Positions 1 through 13,514 are shown, counted from the whole stretch's first letter. The stretch: DNA of 63,941 nt, filler included, from Rhabdomonas costata (GCA_019059605.1; 51 parts of 51 records of this genome joined end to end with filler, not necessarily neighbours in it); one strand, 5' to 3'. The notes: generated by a model not told the origin, from the letters alone. Numbers and translations are program-made.

Positions 1-718
1 TGTTGGTGTGTTTGGTTGTGGGGGCATTGCTGGGTTGCGTGTGGGCGTCGTTAACCCTTTCGTTAACCCCTTACTTCTTTTAATGCGATAGGGGATAGTA
101 ATTGCTATGTCTTTTTCTGGCATCCCAAATTCGACACTCCCTCTGTTAAACTTCGTTAAGAGCTTTCATCGGAGAACGGCCATCCCTCCTAGAAATGTTG
201 ACCGCCTTGTCCTGTGGCCGCCGGAAATGACACTCACCCGCCCTGTCGTTGCAGCTGGGGTCTTGGGCAGCTCCGCTGTGCTCCGCAGCCCAAGACATTC
301 TGGACCAGCAAAAATTGGCCATTAGTGGAGGTGTGGAAAAGTTCGCCACGTTCGTCGCGGACTGGCCTCCGGACCAAAAATAATTCTATCCCTTTTGCAA
401 TGAAATCGTTCCATCGTCATCCTCCTGCTGGGGCAAAAAGTCATGCCTTGTGTAGTGGTGGTGGGGTTCATCATACACCGGGTTTGCCAAATCCCTCTCA
501 GGGGTCATTCGGTACGCCTGCAGCAATATCCTAATACTAAACCTTATTAATAATGGGCAAAAATGTGAACCCAATGCGAGGTGTAATTTTCGAGCTTCAA
601 AACTTGCTGGGTTGAAAATTCTTCCTCCAGAATCCAAAAGACGATAGTGACGGGAAAAAGGCAAAAGCACGCAGAAAATGTTGATTTTGAACGCAAACGA
701 CAAATCTTCTTACTATCG

Positions 719-1144
719 GTTAACGCTATTTTAGTTAGAGAAGTACATAAAAGAATCAATTGGAGAGAAGCCACAGGAGAGGCGAGGAGGGAGAGAGAGA
801 GAGGAAGAGGGAGAGTGCCGCCAATGCGGAAGGGCCACCAGGGCAATCGCGAAGAATGAACCGTGTCACGGCAACGTGTGACCTTTCACTAAAACAGTGT
901 GACTCAGATCCCGCAGCTGGAGGCCGACATGGAGTTCCCTCCAGTGACGGGAGTGGTGACGTTTGACGTGTCCTTCGCTGATGCTCTGCCCACGCTTCGC
1001 AGCGAGCCTTCCGCCAGCGCACTGCAGGGCACGGAAAGCGTCCCACTGGAGCTTAACGCCACCGATGTGAACGGGGTATCGCGTGGCTTCTCTCCAATTG
1101 ATTCTTTTATGTACTTCTCTAACTAAAATTGCGTCAACAACCAC
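719..1144. repeat. Inverted repeat of about 55 bp (719-774 vs 1083-1138) ending at the contig terminus
   Basis: attttagttagagaagtacataaaagaatcaattggagagaagccac is reverse-complemented at 1083-1129; mismatches occur only at the outer end. Confidence 0.9.
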
Positions 1145-1244
1145 NNNNNNNNNNNNNNNNNNNNNNNNNNNNNNNNNNNNNNNNNNNNTTAATTAATTAA
1201 NNNNNNNNNNNNNNNNNNNNNNNNNNNNNNNNNNNNNNNNNNNN
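1145..1244. other. Artificial contig-joining spacer N44-TTAATTAATTAA-N44 (first of 50, recurring about every 1256 bp to 62786)
   Basis: Identical 100-bp spacer with stops in all six frames separates 51 contigs of about 1.15 kb. ORFs ending in X-runs/LIN are artefacts of it. Confidence 0.99.
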
Positions 1245-2983
1245 GGTTTTTTGTTTTCGCCGGTGCTGAGCTTGCGGCAAGAGTACCCCAGCCCCCATTT
1301 ACAAAGGGAGAGGAAGGGGCTGCAGGGAGCAGGATACCAGCCCGCAAAGCACGGGCCTCCTGCCAGCCTGCTTTTGAGAAGGGGAGGAAACCCGTGCGAA
1401 GACGGTCTCGTTGTCCGGGTCCACGCGGGCCACACCGAAGAACAAGGAGGGGGGGGGGCGGAAGGGAGCACCACTCTCCTAAGAAAAGTTCACTCCTCCC
1501 CCCGCCCAGCGCGCGTTGATACCACTGTAACGAGCAGCGGCGAGCTGCCTTGGGGCATGGGCAGATCGCACAAAGAATCAGGACTCATCGCTCACACGTC
1601 GAGAAGTTCCGTCTGACGACGGACGTCTGACGTTCCTGTTGCTTGCAACACGGTTCCCTGCATCAATTCTTCCTTTTTAACCCCTGTGTTCCAGCACTGT
1701 GCCGGTGCCCTACACCGATACCCTGCATTGTGTCACTTTGTTTGTTCCAAAAAAGAAAAATTTGTAAATAAAAAATTCAGCAATGAAGTGCATCTGTTCC
1801 AGAAACACACCAGACTCACTGACCCAGTACAGTCCCGAAAAGAGATGTTATCAACATTTTCCTAATTGTAATGAGTCCTACTGTCCAGGCCGACCTTTGA
1901 GAAAGTAATTTTATTAATGATTCCATTTGCATTGGTCATTTTTTGTGTACATTTTCATCTCTTCTTCTGAGAATAATTATTTTTCGAGAGCACCACGAAG
2001 AGGCCAACCCTACAAAGGGATCACCGGAGTGTGAAAGCTGGCATACTTGACACTGCCACCACCACCACCTCAAAGGAGAGGTCTCTTGTTTCGTCAGCAA
2101 AGAAAAGTGCTACCAAAAGGAAACAAAGGACTCAAGCTCCTGCCCTTTGAGTTTGTCAAAGAAGGAAACAAATAGTGCAGTAATTCCACAAAAAGCTGAA
2201 GAGGGCTAAGCCGAAGAAGGCCTGGGGTCTTTTTTATATACAGCAGGCCTCCCGAAACGCTGCATGGCCGGTCCTTGGGGTCAGGAGAGTCCCGACCTTT
2301 CACCCTCGGCCGGTGGTGGTGCCCCTTGGCGGCTCTTTTGTAACCGTTAAGCGCCACTTCTTGCCCCACGCAGCGGAGGGTTCACGACAGCACCTACAAC
2401 GNNNNNNNNNNNNNNNNNNNNNNNNNNNNNNNNNNNNNNNNNNNNTTAATTAATTAANNNNNNNNNNNNNNNNNNNNNNNNNNNNNNNNNNNNNNNNNNN
2501 NTGCCTGTTTTTCTGTGCTTTGTCTTTCCTGCTTCTGTATGGTGTTCTCCCCTTGCGTTGCCGTGGTGGTCTTTGGTCTTTTGTCGCTGCTTTGGAGCGA
2601 GACTTGCGGCTTTCCATATTTTTTGGCCCCGCCACGCGCCACCTTTTTATGCCATTTCCTGTGCCTCCGACCGCTTCCATCGGACCATGTGCCACACAAT
2701 TTGTTCCACCAACTTCCTCCAATCCAGTCTCTTGTTTCCTTCTTTTGACCGCGTGCCTCTCCTAGAAGTTTTCCTGTAGTTCCTCTCTTATATCCGTGTC
2801 TTTCCCATCTTAGAATTTGGTTTGTAAACAGCCTTTGTGTGCAGAATAACCCGTCATGATGCCTCGTTTTTCTCCGCGCACTTTGCACCCAGTGCGCTCA
2901 AATTGGTCCAAGACAAACTCTGCTAACACCTGTTGACGTGGTGGCTCTTTCCTTGCACGCTGAGCTGTGTTTTGGATCTTCTG

Positions 2984-3550
2984 CTACAAGGTGTCACACT
3001 CAAACTTGGCGCGAAGTTCTATTGCTAGAGTTGATTTCTCTTGTTCTTTGTGGAGCTTTTGGTGCTTTCTAGTGCTGTAGACAAATGTATTGATTATACC
3101 GGAAGATGCGCAAGAGAAGCAAGCCGAAGCGCATTTAAATGAAAAGAATACTGCGGAAATAGGATGCCATACGACAAATGTGGACATAAACGCAAGCAAC
3201 TTTCCATTTATATCAGCAATTTGGACATCAACCCACCTTAATTGTGGTCTACACATCCACTCTGAAAAATGGTAGTTTCAATTAGCATCCTCACTCTACA
3301 TGCAGGTCACAGTGCAAATAAAAACAAGCGATACTTAAATCTCTATTCCAGAGCCGTTTCTCACTCGTATCGTGGTATACAATTCAAAGCTTTACAGCAG
3401 CCTGAAATGAGTTTATCTTCTTCCAACGGTAGGAATAAATTACCTACTTGTCTTGTAATGTGCTGGAAAATGTAGCAAAATTGGTTGTACTGGTATGCAA
3501 TCAAATAAGATGAATGAAAGAAGCGCACGAAATTCAGTGCGCAAAACGCT
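2984..3550 (-). pseudogene. Possible decayed 7TM receptor (GCR1/cAMP-receptor-like) C-terminal part
   Basis: Hydrophobic stretch ending SSGIINTFVY resembles a TM7 GxxNxxVY motif; upstream frame is broken by stops. Weak. Confidence 0.2.
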
Positions 3551-4247
3551 TTTCTCGTCAAATCTAGGAATTTTGTTTTCCAGTCACTATCCTGTGTCAT
3601 ATGTGAGCATACAGCATCCGAGTTTCGAACAGGTGGTTCCGCACAAACAACCCCCCCNNNNNNNNNNNNNNNNNNNNNNNNNNNNNNNNNNNNNNNNNNN
3701 NTTAATTAATTAANNNNNNNNNNNNNNNNNNNNNNNNNNNNNNNNNNNNNNNNNNNNAAACCGTCTCCAATTCCACAAGCGGTGGTGGTCTCCTAGAGTC
3801 CTATTAGAAGGCCCTCTGCCAATATAAGTTAAAAAAACACAAGCGACACCAGGAATATTGTAGAGGCAGAGGCTCTCATTGCATCGGAACGCTGTGTGGG
3901 GGTGGGGGATGCTCCGTTTTGCAACCGGTCGAAAAGGTCACTATTTAGCGACGTTAAATATGCTGAAAAGCTGATGCATAAAACGCCCATCGTCTCGGCC
4001 AGTGAGAATCTGAGACTTGCACTTATGACTTCCGTCCCAACGACTCCCACTAAAACCAGGTGCCGCATTCTCTTCAGCTACGAAGTTTGAAAAACACCGA
4101 AATTCATTGCTACCACCCGAAGCCAAGGCATCCGTGACCTTAACTTGAATCCTGAATCCATGAGCTGTTTTCCATCCGACGGTAGCCGAAAGAAGCACCA
4201 TCCAACAGAACAAAGCGTACCATCGAGCTTGGCTGAGAATTCTTGTG

Positions 4248-4269
4248 CAGCAGCAGCAGCAGCAGCAGC
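4248..4269 (+). repeat. (CAG)7 microsatellite; (CA)n also at about 4406-4423
   Basis: Seen directly. Confidence 0.9.
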
Positions 4270-5036
4270 AAGAAATCCAAAAATGGAGGAAATCGGCATC
4301 CATGCGCAGCACAAGGAGCCTTGGGGTTAGCAAATCTTATATGATTGGAAGGAAATCTGAAGGGAAATCCCTTCAGTGGCTTGGCTTTCTGCCCTTCAAC
4401 GTAAAACACACACACACACACACTTCCCGGATCTCTCGGGAAGCTCAGAAACGCCTAGCCCAGGATGACTGGGCCGGGTGACTGCCGCTTGGGAAGACAA
4501 GCGAGAAGGCGCAGTGCGGTGCAATTTCAAAAAAGTGTCAGTCGCAGTGACGTCCAGAAACGACGTTTGAAGACGAGCGGGTTGCCAAAAGCAGCAGCTC
4601 TGCCTGCAGAAGTCTCTGCGCTGTGGGATGGGCAACCGGGACGGCTGCAATGAGAAGTCAAAGGTGCTTGTTCTCCTTTTCATTCCTCGGTGTGAAAATG
4701 TTGGCAGCTTAAGGTTCCGAAAAACTATGTGCGCGAAGAGGCGTGGCAATTGTTCCGGTACTCTTGAATCACTATATAACTGCCCTAATTATACAGGAAT
4801 TTCTTGGAGAGTGCGGTGTTACCAGCTGGAATCGCAGGTGTCCAGGTGTCCCGCCGATTATCCACAGAATCACGTGCACGTCGTCGCCCTCTCGCCCAAC
4901 TTCGCAAAAAAAACNNNNNNNNNNNNNNNNNNNNNNNNNNNNNNNNNNNNNNNNNNNNTTAATTAATTAANNNNNNNNNNNNNNNNNNNNNNNNNNNNNN
5001 NNNNNNNNNNNNNNGGGTTTTGGTTTTTACGAAGAA

Positions 5037-5621
5037 ATGTTTCGTTCCCTGACTTTTCGGCTTCACAAGGGCCCTCTTCATGGGGTAAAGGTTATTGAGA
5101 TGTCCGCAATCGGTCCAGCACCGTTCAGCGCAATGCTACTTTCTGACATGGGTGCGGACATCATCCGAGTGGACCGAAAGGTATTTTGCGATAGTTTGCT
5201 GGGAATACAGAGCTGTGCAAACAGAACTCTGCATTTTTGCATGACATACATAACTCTCCTCTTTTTTTTTTTTTCGTTTTTAGGGAGCGAAGAAGGGCCA
5301 GCTTGCCGAGACTATGAAGTTCAGCGACCGGTTTGACATTCTCAGCAGGGGACGGCGCTCGATTGCTGTGGACCTGAAATCGCCTGCAGGCTCTGAGATT
5401 GTGCGCAAGTTGATCGACCGCGCTGACGTCTTGCAAGTGTTTTGCTCCTTTTGCTTCCTCTGTGCCTTTATTGGTCGAAATTAGAATTCACCCGAGAAAA
5501 CCTAATTCAAAGCTTGTGATTCAAATGTGCACGTGACTGTCTTTTATCAGGAAGGATTTCGCCCTGGGGTTATGGAACGCCTTGGACTTGGTCCTGATGT
5601 TTGTTTGAAAAGGAATCCAAG
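5037..5621 (+). CDS. AMACR: Alpha-methylacyl-CoA racemase / CaiB-BaiF family III CoA-transferase, 5' part (exons 5037-5180, 5284-5436, 5551-5621)
   Basis: [36 protein letters not shown] / [25 protein letters not shown] / [16 protein letters not shown]; in-phase GT-AG introns. Confidence 0.93.
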
Positions 5622-7949
5622 GTCCTCTTGTGGGATTTCGGGGATTTCAGTCCGATTTAGTTTTGAGCAAAACAAACAAACAAACAAATGTGCACCGCAC
5701 GGCGAGGCATCACCCTGAAACCTGAAAAGTCCACGTGCAACCACAAACAACACACAAAGAACAAAATAAAGATAAGGAGAAAAACTAAACATTCGATCAA
5801 AACCGAATTTGGCCGAAAAATAATAATTGGTTGGACGAAGCCCCCAGCTGGTCCCCGCAATGGTGCCGATAGCGCAGGCCAGGCGAGTGCGGAAGGAGGG
5901 CGGCCGCTGCAGTCCATCGTCTTCATTTTCGTTGACGGCAAGCCGCGCGTTCCGCAGTTGAGGTTCGCCAGTGCTCTGCAGAGGAGCCGAGTTGCCCAGC
6001 CTGTCCATGTCAAAAGGCGCATTTTCCCGCGACCCATCTTGGAAAGCCTCTAGGTATGAGACGAGTGTTTCTTTTCCTTTCCTTTCCAGAAGTCGGATCG
6101 CGCTGAAGAGGATTCAATGAATACGCGGCGAGCGCTTGCGGAGCATTCTTTCTCCACACCCACCCCAACNNNNNNNNNNNNNNNNNNNNNNNNNNNNNNN
6201 NNNNNNNNNNNNNTTAATTAATTAANNNNNNNNNNNNNNNNNNNNNNNNNNNNNNNNNNNNNNNNNNNNGTGTTGGTGGGCTTCATCCTAGCGGCCTATG
6301 AGGCTCGAGGTGCCAAGCGCCCTTGAGGAGCGGGAAGGGGCTGCCCAAGCACCCGACAAAAACAAACTGTACAGTGGCTTAGCCTGGGTGCATGATACAA
6401 AGATGGAATGTTCAGGGCATGTCTATCGCGACAGGTCGCGAAAGGTGGATAGAAACAGAAATAGACATAAAGTACCCTGAGGGGACCAGGTAGGTGCATA
6501 TATTGTCCGTGTCATCTCAAAAGTCACAACTGACAAAAGCATGCACCAAAATCAGGCGTTTCGGACTGTGCTCAAGCAGGAGGTGAAAAATGGGTTCACG
6601 TCGGTTGTGCTTGTCCTTCAAGCTGGTTTTGGTTTTTCCATTGTCACTTCTAACTTTTGAGGACGGGGCCAGGTCACAGCGAATCGTTGCAGCTGAGTGC
6701 AAACTTTGAACAGTTCGAGCGCGCTGAACGAGCTCCACGAAATTAACCACACCGATCGTAAGCACGACGACCACACTAGCCAAGGCGCAGGAGTCCAAAC
6801 CCAGTTCCCTCACGGGTCGTGATATTCACACGCAGTGAGCTTTGACATCACAGTTATCAGCGGATGCAGTACACAACGTTTCACCGCTTCCGCTCAGATT
6901 GGGCCTTGGCTCTTTATCCATCCAAACTGAAAATCCAAATTCCAAACTGAAATTTGGGCCACCGCTGGACTGAGACTATTTTCGGCGACCCCACAAGCGA
7001 AGAAGCTTTTCTATTTTTTTGCAAGCAAACCCAACCTGAAAGCATGCACTCAAAGTGGTCATCACGCACATGACAGAGTCGGAAGGCCAAAAACCTTCCT
7101 TTGACATGCAAAAGCAGGGAGATGGGGATAGGAAACTCATAGACCACAAAGACATAGATGCACAGGGGAAAACCACCATCTCTTCGCCCCCCTCGAAACT
7201 CTTTTTCTGGTTACGTTCAGAGGGAGTAGGGGTCGAGCATCGTCCCCGGAAGGCCGTACATCTGCAGCAGCGGGGCGACGGGATGACGATACACCTGAGT
7301 TGAAAGAAATAAATCAATCACATAAACTCCCTGAACCCGAGAGTAGGAATTTGAACAATCAACTCGAAAACCGAAGCACTGGAGTCGACGCAGCGGTAGT
7401 TCCACCTTTGTCTCAGTGGTCGGCTTNNNNNNNNNNNNNNNNNNNNNNNNNNNNNNNNNNNNNNNNNNNNTTAATTAATTAANNNNNNNNNNNNNNNNNN
7501 NNNNNNNNNNNNNNNNNNNNNNNNNNGTTGGTGTGGTGATGAATGGCTAAGCGAAAGCATGTTTCCTGTTATATGGGAGGGCAGGGCCCACTTGATTTGG
7601 TTTGGTTTCGTCCTTCACCGAATAAAACCGTATATGCCGTATAACGGCGTAAAACCGAATGGTATATGGTTCCGCTTTTATCTTTTTACCTGCCGTTTGT
7701 TCCGCCAAACGGCTCCCCTCTCCGGTAAGACAGTGTCACCTCTGGCATCTGCTAGAATCAGCATGGTCCAGAACTCTGGGGGGCGGGTGGTGATACTGTC
7801 TGCACAACCGTCAGCTTCTGAGTGATTGGAAATGGAAACCGCTGGGCAAAGAGAACGCCAAGATATGTCATCAGAAAAACGTTGTTAATTGTCATAGAGA
7901 ATTTTGTTTCGGGAAGTGGGTTCGCACTTCAGTGGCTTTCCCTTTTCAG

Positions 7950-8592
7950 GAGCTTTGTGGAAAGCGACATCCGCCTCCTCAACCTCTCCCTCAGCAGCAA
8001 CGCGGTCAACGAGCTTAGCGAAGTTGACCACCTGGATAGGCTAAAACTGAGGGAAGTGATGCTCTCAAACAACCCCATCGGTGCGGCTGGACTCTTCATT
8101 TCTTCTCGGAGTATTTCGGTTGTGTCTTCTTTTCGTTTTGTTTGTGTGGGTTGTCATTACAGCACGGCGTGGTGACGAATACCACCGCTATGTGGTCAAG
8201 AAGCTGAGGACGATCGAGCTGCTGGACACTGTGCCCGTTAAGGAGTGGAGGAAGCAGCTTCTCCCTAAGCTTCCAGACCCTCGGGACTCTCAAATGACAA
8301 CAGAGGCCAACGGGGTAGTTTGCTTTTGCTCTTTTGTGCGCCTTTTGCCAATGCAGGAGAATAGCTCTTCCTTCCTATCTGTGCTTATGTTTCCTCCCGT
8401 TTTTGTGCTTTTCACAGGCGATGGTTTTTCAAATGTGCCGGATGTACTTCAAGTGCATTGACGAGAGGTACAAGTGCCAAGGTTTCAGAATGGGCCCTCC
8501 TCTATTTCTGTGTATTCTTTTTCTTGCACGTTTTGATCTTGCAGCAACTTTGACGCTGTTTTGGACGCCTACGACAACGAGGCGATGTTCAC
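7950..8592 (+). CDS. MEX67: mRNA export factor Mex67/NXF1-like, LRR to NTF2-like junction (exons 7950-8080, 8163-8314, 8418-8467, 8545-~8592)
   Basis: LNLSLSSNAVNELSEVDHLDRLKLREVMLSNNPI, LRRcap EYHRYVVKKLRTIELLD, then MVFQMCRMYFKCIDESNFDAVLDAYDNEAMF matching the NXF1 NTF2-like start (F..YY..YD....LLDAY). All introns are in phase. Confidence 0.8.
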
Positions 8593-10040
8593 GCAAGTCT
8601 CCGATTCCACCCGCAGCATTGTTTATCAGCATCCGCAGTCCAAAATGTATCATCAGAACCTGACGGCCAAATCCCACAACACCNNNNNNNNNNNNNNNNN
8701 NNNNNNNNNNNNNNNNNNNNNNNNNNNTTAATTAATTAANNNNNNNNNNNNNNNNNNNNNNNNNNNNNNNNNNNNNNNNNNNNTTTTGTTGGGCATCAGG
8801 ACGTTGGACAGCAGTATTTGCAACCCCGGCGCTATGTTCAAACGGAGCGTTGTGAAGTAAGTTGTTGTTTTACGTCAAATCGGCGGGATCATTTTTTTTA
8901 ATTGTTTTTTCTCGGTGCATGTGATTCCTCTATGCCCCTTTACCCTTCCGCAGGCATCTCTGCGAGTTTAAGTCAAGGGTAGTCCTCTCGTCGTGCTTTG
9001 TGTTTTCGTTCTTCCTCTTTGATTGGTTCTGTGTGCCTCGAGACTCAGCCCAAACCTGGTCCACTCGAGATGCACAGAATGGCTTGCAGAGCAATTTTCG
9101 GTAGGGCAAGGCCGCTGGTGTGTGCGGCTGCCCTGTACTCCAGCCGTGCTCCCGCAGGGTCCGGAGCCAAGGTGTCTCACTTTGACTGTTTTTCCATCTC
9201 GGAACCTGCCCTTGCCCTTTGCAGGCAAAAAGTCGAAGGGCAAAGGTCTCAAGTAATTCGTGTGTCCTCTTGACAAAATTGTTAGGATCCAACAGTCCTG
9301 ATCTTCTAGAAGAAAAGATATTCAGTACATTTACCCCAGTACGGGTCAGGGGCAATGGCAGAAAATGGGCATCCCCACGCAACCAATGTGTGTGGAGCCC
9401 GAGATCTGCTCCCCCATCAGAAGGAGGGGGGGGGGTGCATAGTTATTGACGCGCGGTGAGTTGCGTTCATATTTTTCTTGAAACTCAATCTGAGTCCTCT
9501 TTTCCACCTCTTCTCACCCCCGACCCTTTTTGTTCCTTACAGCGCTTAATCGCTTCATTTCTTCCTTGCAGGCCGGAGGTCCTTCTCAACTCAGCAAAGG
9601 TCTTTGTTCGAATTTGCCCCTTTTCTTCAACGGCGCTTGTTGTCGGAGCGACTGCTGCGTTGAGGAGGGTGACGGTCGCTCGGTCAGTTTGACCTTCTGA
9701 GGGTTGGATTCGATCCTGACACCGGCATCTTCACGTCTTGCTATTCGTTTGAATGAGAATGAAAGGGAGCAACACCAGGACACCTTACCCAACTAGCAAC
9801 GTGTTCCTGGGCACCCTTCGGTTTCCATCTACTCCACTGTGTAGCAAAATGGTTTGCTTCTTACTACGAGGGAGAAGCAGAATTTTTCAGACAGGGTGGA
9901 GGAGGCGGCGCGTGGGAGAATCGCTGCAGAAATTGGGCCTNNNNNNNNNNNNNNNNNNNNNNNNNNNNNNNNNNNNNNNNNNNNTTAATTAATTAANNNN
10001 NNNNNNNNNNNNNNNNNNNNNNNNNNNNNNNNNNNNNNNN

Positions 10041-10960
10041 GGTTTGTTGGGAAGATGCAGATCTGCCAGGTCTTCCGGGTGGACCGCGACAAGGGGTACA
10101 TCGACCTCAGCAAGAAGAAGGTGGAGTAGCTGGGATGGGGGTGGATGTTTGCCTGTGCGTTCCGTGGTTGTGGTAGTCGTGGTATCAAACATCAACCAGT
10201 AAGTTGGGCATTGTTTGGCCTCTTACGGTTTGACCTGATGAGGATAGATGGAAAAGGGGTCACCTTTTTTTGTGTGGTTCTGGTTGGTAAACAAGGGACT
10301 GAAAGTGACTGTTCATGACGCACTTCAACTTGGTGTCATGTGCAGGTTTGTTTACTGAAGACGTCTCCTTAGCTCTCTTGCTTCTCACTTGCGCGCTCGA
10401 GAATAACCGCCACTCGAAAAGAAGATGTCGGAGGAAACACAAAATCATCGACCCAGAAGTCAGAGAAGGTGAGCCGGTTCCCCGACAATCATCGGTCGAA
10501 GGGGCACCCTGGCTATCGGTGCGCCATGTCAGCTGGAAAACTCCGGGTGTAGTCGTGAAGTGCAAGGCGAGGGCGGATTTGAGTACTGAGATCCGCTTCA
10601 ACCAGTGGGCTAACCGCCAAACCCGAAAACCACCCCAGGCCTGCTTCGCCTTTGCCCTGGGAACAAAATACAGTTGCTGCTTGCTGCGCACAGGTGACCA
10701 ATGAGGACCTGCGACCCTGTGAGACGCGGTACAACAAGGCCAAGGACGTCCACAGCATCATGCAGCACGTCGCACGGGAGTGCCGGGTCACCCTGGAGAG
10801 TCTGTACTACAACTCCGCGTGGCCGCTGTACAGGAAGTACGGACACGCGTACGACGCCTTTGGCATGGCCTACTCCGAGCCCGAGAAGATCCTGGGGCCG
10901 CTGAACCTTCCCGCGGACATCTACGAGAAGCTGGTCACCACTATTCGCCACAGGCACAAG
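10041..10960 (+). CDS. EIF2S1: Translation initiation factor eIF2-alpha, internal exons (10041-10120, 10694-10960)
   Basis: QVFRVDRDKGYIDLSKKK|VTNEDLRPCETRYNKAKDVHSIMQHVA...AWPLYRKYGHAYDAF; phase-0 GT-AG intron. Confidence 0.96.
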
Positions 10961-11380
10961 GTGCTCGCCACAGCGGCTGGTCAGCAGTAGCGGAAACCTT
11001 GGTCCACCCAACTCCATTTGGTTCCTTTTGACTCGGGATGTGGTGATGTCCATCTCAGTTGTGTGATCTTGGAAGTGACCTTTCTTCAACCATCATTAGC
11101 GCTTCGTAAGACAATGGCATGATCCGCTTGGTATCTGTTGTGCCTGTTTTCAGGGATATCCTTCCCTCTTCCCTCTCTCTGCCCCCCCCCACACCCNNNN
11201 NNNNNNNNNNNNNNNNNNNNNNNNNNNNNNNNNNNNNNNNTTAATTAATTAANNNNNNNNNNNNNNNNNNNNNNNNNNNNNNNNNNNNNNNNNNNNGTTT
11301 TGTTTTTCCCGGACGCCCCCGGCACAGGTGCGGGATTGGGCTGCCTCTCCTGTTGGGTTTGTGATGGAGCCGCGGGGCAG

Positions 11381-12379
11381 TGTGCAGGAGGCCCGAATGG
11401 AGACCCACCCGTGGGCCGCCCCTGGGGAGTACCGGTCATGCCTGCTGGACGAGGTGAAGCCGGGGCGAGTTGTGGCGATGCTTCGGATGACCGCCGACCG
11501 GGCCACTCCAGTCTCCGCTACCCGAGTGATCCAGATCCACTCCTCCCAGGGTGCACTCTGTGTCATTGCACGCATGCACACACACACACACAGAGCTGGT
11601 GTGGCATTCCTCATCCAATTCAGATCTATAGAATTTCGTATTGATTTAGACCGTTAGGCAAGCGCTGGCCCACAGGCGAGCAACGGGCCTACCTTTGAGT
11701 CCTGGCCAAGGGAAGGTTCAGATATCGACTTTTAAGCAGACATAACGAAAGCTGCAAAGGAAGATTTAAAATAAATTCAGCTGGAGAGCAGCGAATATAA
11801 GGATCATTGTCCATGAGAAGGCAATTGTTTTTTCTTTTGCAAAGGCATCCAAATTTGCATACGGAGAAGAACCAACTGTAACATGCCCGCTGCGGGAGTG
11901 CCCGATCTCCATTCTACCCTACCGTATTATACAGGTGTCGCGGGCTGTCCCCTGCCTTCCTGCGTTGAGCTCCCTAGGAGTTGCGGTCGAAGTGTGGGTT
12001 TCTCTTCATCAAGGAGGTTTTGGACATCCCTGGTGTCGCCTGATGGCAGCTTTGCCCTCATTGCAGCGCATTTTTTGTGGTTTCACTTCGATTCTTTGTC
12101 GGTGAGATTTTCTCTGGCTCTCTATTTTGCCCACATGCAGCGCGCACCTCCCCTCAAGTGGTGGACCTCTCTGCGGACATTTCCACGGACGGGCTGTACA
12201 GCCTGTTCTTCTTCGACTGCAACTCGGGCACCAGCTACAGCTTTGAAGTGGATGTGTACCAGTACAACGTCGACGACTCGGGGCGCCGGATGTACCTCCC
12301 CGTGGGGAAGCAGCCGCTGGCGCAGCTCCACCTGCTCTTTGGAATGCTCTACGCGGGGTGCTCCGCGCTGTGGTTGAAG
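11381..12379 (+). CDS. GPR107/GPR108 (lung seven-transmembrane receptor family) lumenal domain and TM1 (exons ~11381-11550, 12141-12379)
   Basis: DGLYSLFFFDC..SFEVDVYQYN...YLPVGKQPLAQLHLLFGMLY; phase-1 intron joins the exons in frame. Confidence 0.8.
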
Positions 12380-12552
12380 GTTTGGGAAGACCCCACCCAC
12401 ACCATGGCTACCGCTGAAACACAAGCTTGGCTACGCCCCTTCCCAAAAACCCNNNNNNNNNNNNNNNNNNNNNNNNNNNNNNNNNNNNNNNNNNNNTTAA
12501 TTAATTAANNNNNNNNNNNNNNNNNNNNNNNNNNNNNNNNNNNNNNNNNNNN

Positions 12553-12766
12553 GGTGGTGTTTCTATGTGTTTCTCTGTGTGTGTGCGTGCGTGTATGTGC
12601 TGGTGTTTGTGCTTCTGCATGTGCGTGTTCTTTTGCGCGCATGAGTCAGATGATGTCATTGGGCTCAAGTTGTTGTTTCTATGTGTTTCTCTGTGTGTGT
12701 GTGTGTGTGCGTGCGTGTATGTGCTGGTGTTTGTGCTTCTGCATGTGCGTGTCTTTGTGTGCGTGC
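12553..12766 (+). repeat. Tandem duplication of a ~110-bp TG-rich unit (intronic)
   Basis: gtttctatgtgtttctctgtgtgtg...gtgctggtgtttgtgcttctgcatgtgcgtgt occurs twice. Confidence 0.85.
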
Positions 12767-12882
12767 GGCGGGCCCACTTGCTTCGGGATAAAAAATGTTC
12801 TTAAGGTTCTTGATGTGCCAACCAACAAGAAACAGACCAAATAGAATAGACCAACGCACACAGGCACAGGCCAGCAGCGCAC

Positions 12883-13514
12883 TTGTCTCGCGCCGTACGC
12901 GTTGAATGGTCTGCCCCCCAGTGCCGACAATGGCGGGAAACACAGCTCGGCTGGGCAGGGCCACCGCGGCGATCTTAGGTTTCATCTCCGCCAGAGCTTC
13001 GTCCACCATGCGGGAGGCCGCCGCCATGGCTTCGGGATTGCCCAGGATCTGGATCGTCCTGGACTGGCGGTCCGCGTGGAGCAGCGCGCATCCTTGAGCA
13101 AAAGAAAATGACCCCAATCCCACATGGGGTTCTCGACCCCGATACCAGAGTCTTCCTTAGAAGGGACTTTTCACTGGATATCCGGCGAGAATGAGCCTTC
13201 AGGCTCGATAATAGTCTGCATGTTCAATAGTAAGGCAGTAAAGCGTGTCCAAGCGCATTCATCTTTCCAAAAAGCGGAATCTGGAGCTCGATAAGATAAC
13301 ACCTCCTCCTGTTGCACAGACCCTGCCCCTCGCCGCCGTACTCCCCCAAAACCATGTGTTTTTTGCGCGGGTGGGACAAATGTGTGTGTGGTGCAAGAAG
13401 GAAGACAAGCCACACACACATACCGGAGGATGCACGGATCTTGTCCAGAAGGGTCTCAGCCGCCCCCTCGGCCCGCATCGCCAGTGCAGAGAAAAGAACT
13501 CCATCGAATTCCAC
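12883..13514 (-). CDS. Multi-KH-domain RNA-binding protein fragment (exons 13514-13424, 13092-12883)
   Basis: IQILGNPEAMAAASRMVDEAL...VFPAIVGTGGQTIQRVRRET with a KH GxxG loop; phase-1 GT-AG intron. Confidence 0.8.

Noticed and set aside
49-72. TTAACCCT x2 (and TTAGGGA x2 at 60882) as telomere or piggyBac ends
   Set aside because: Only two short copies, with no partner terminus.
9660-9730. tRNA-like B box (GGATTCGATCC)
   Set aside because: No A box or cloverleaf.
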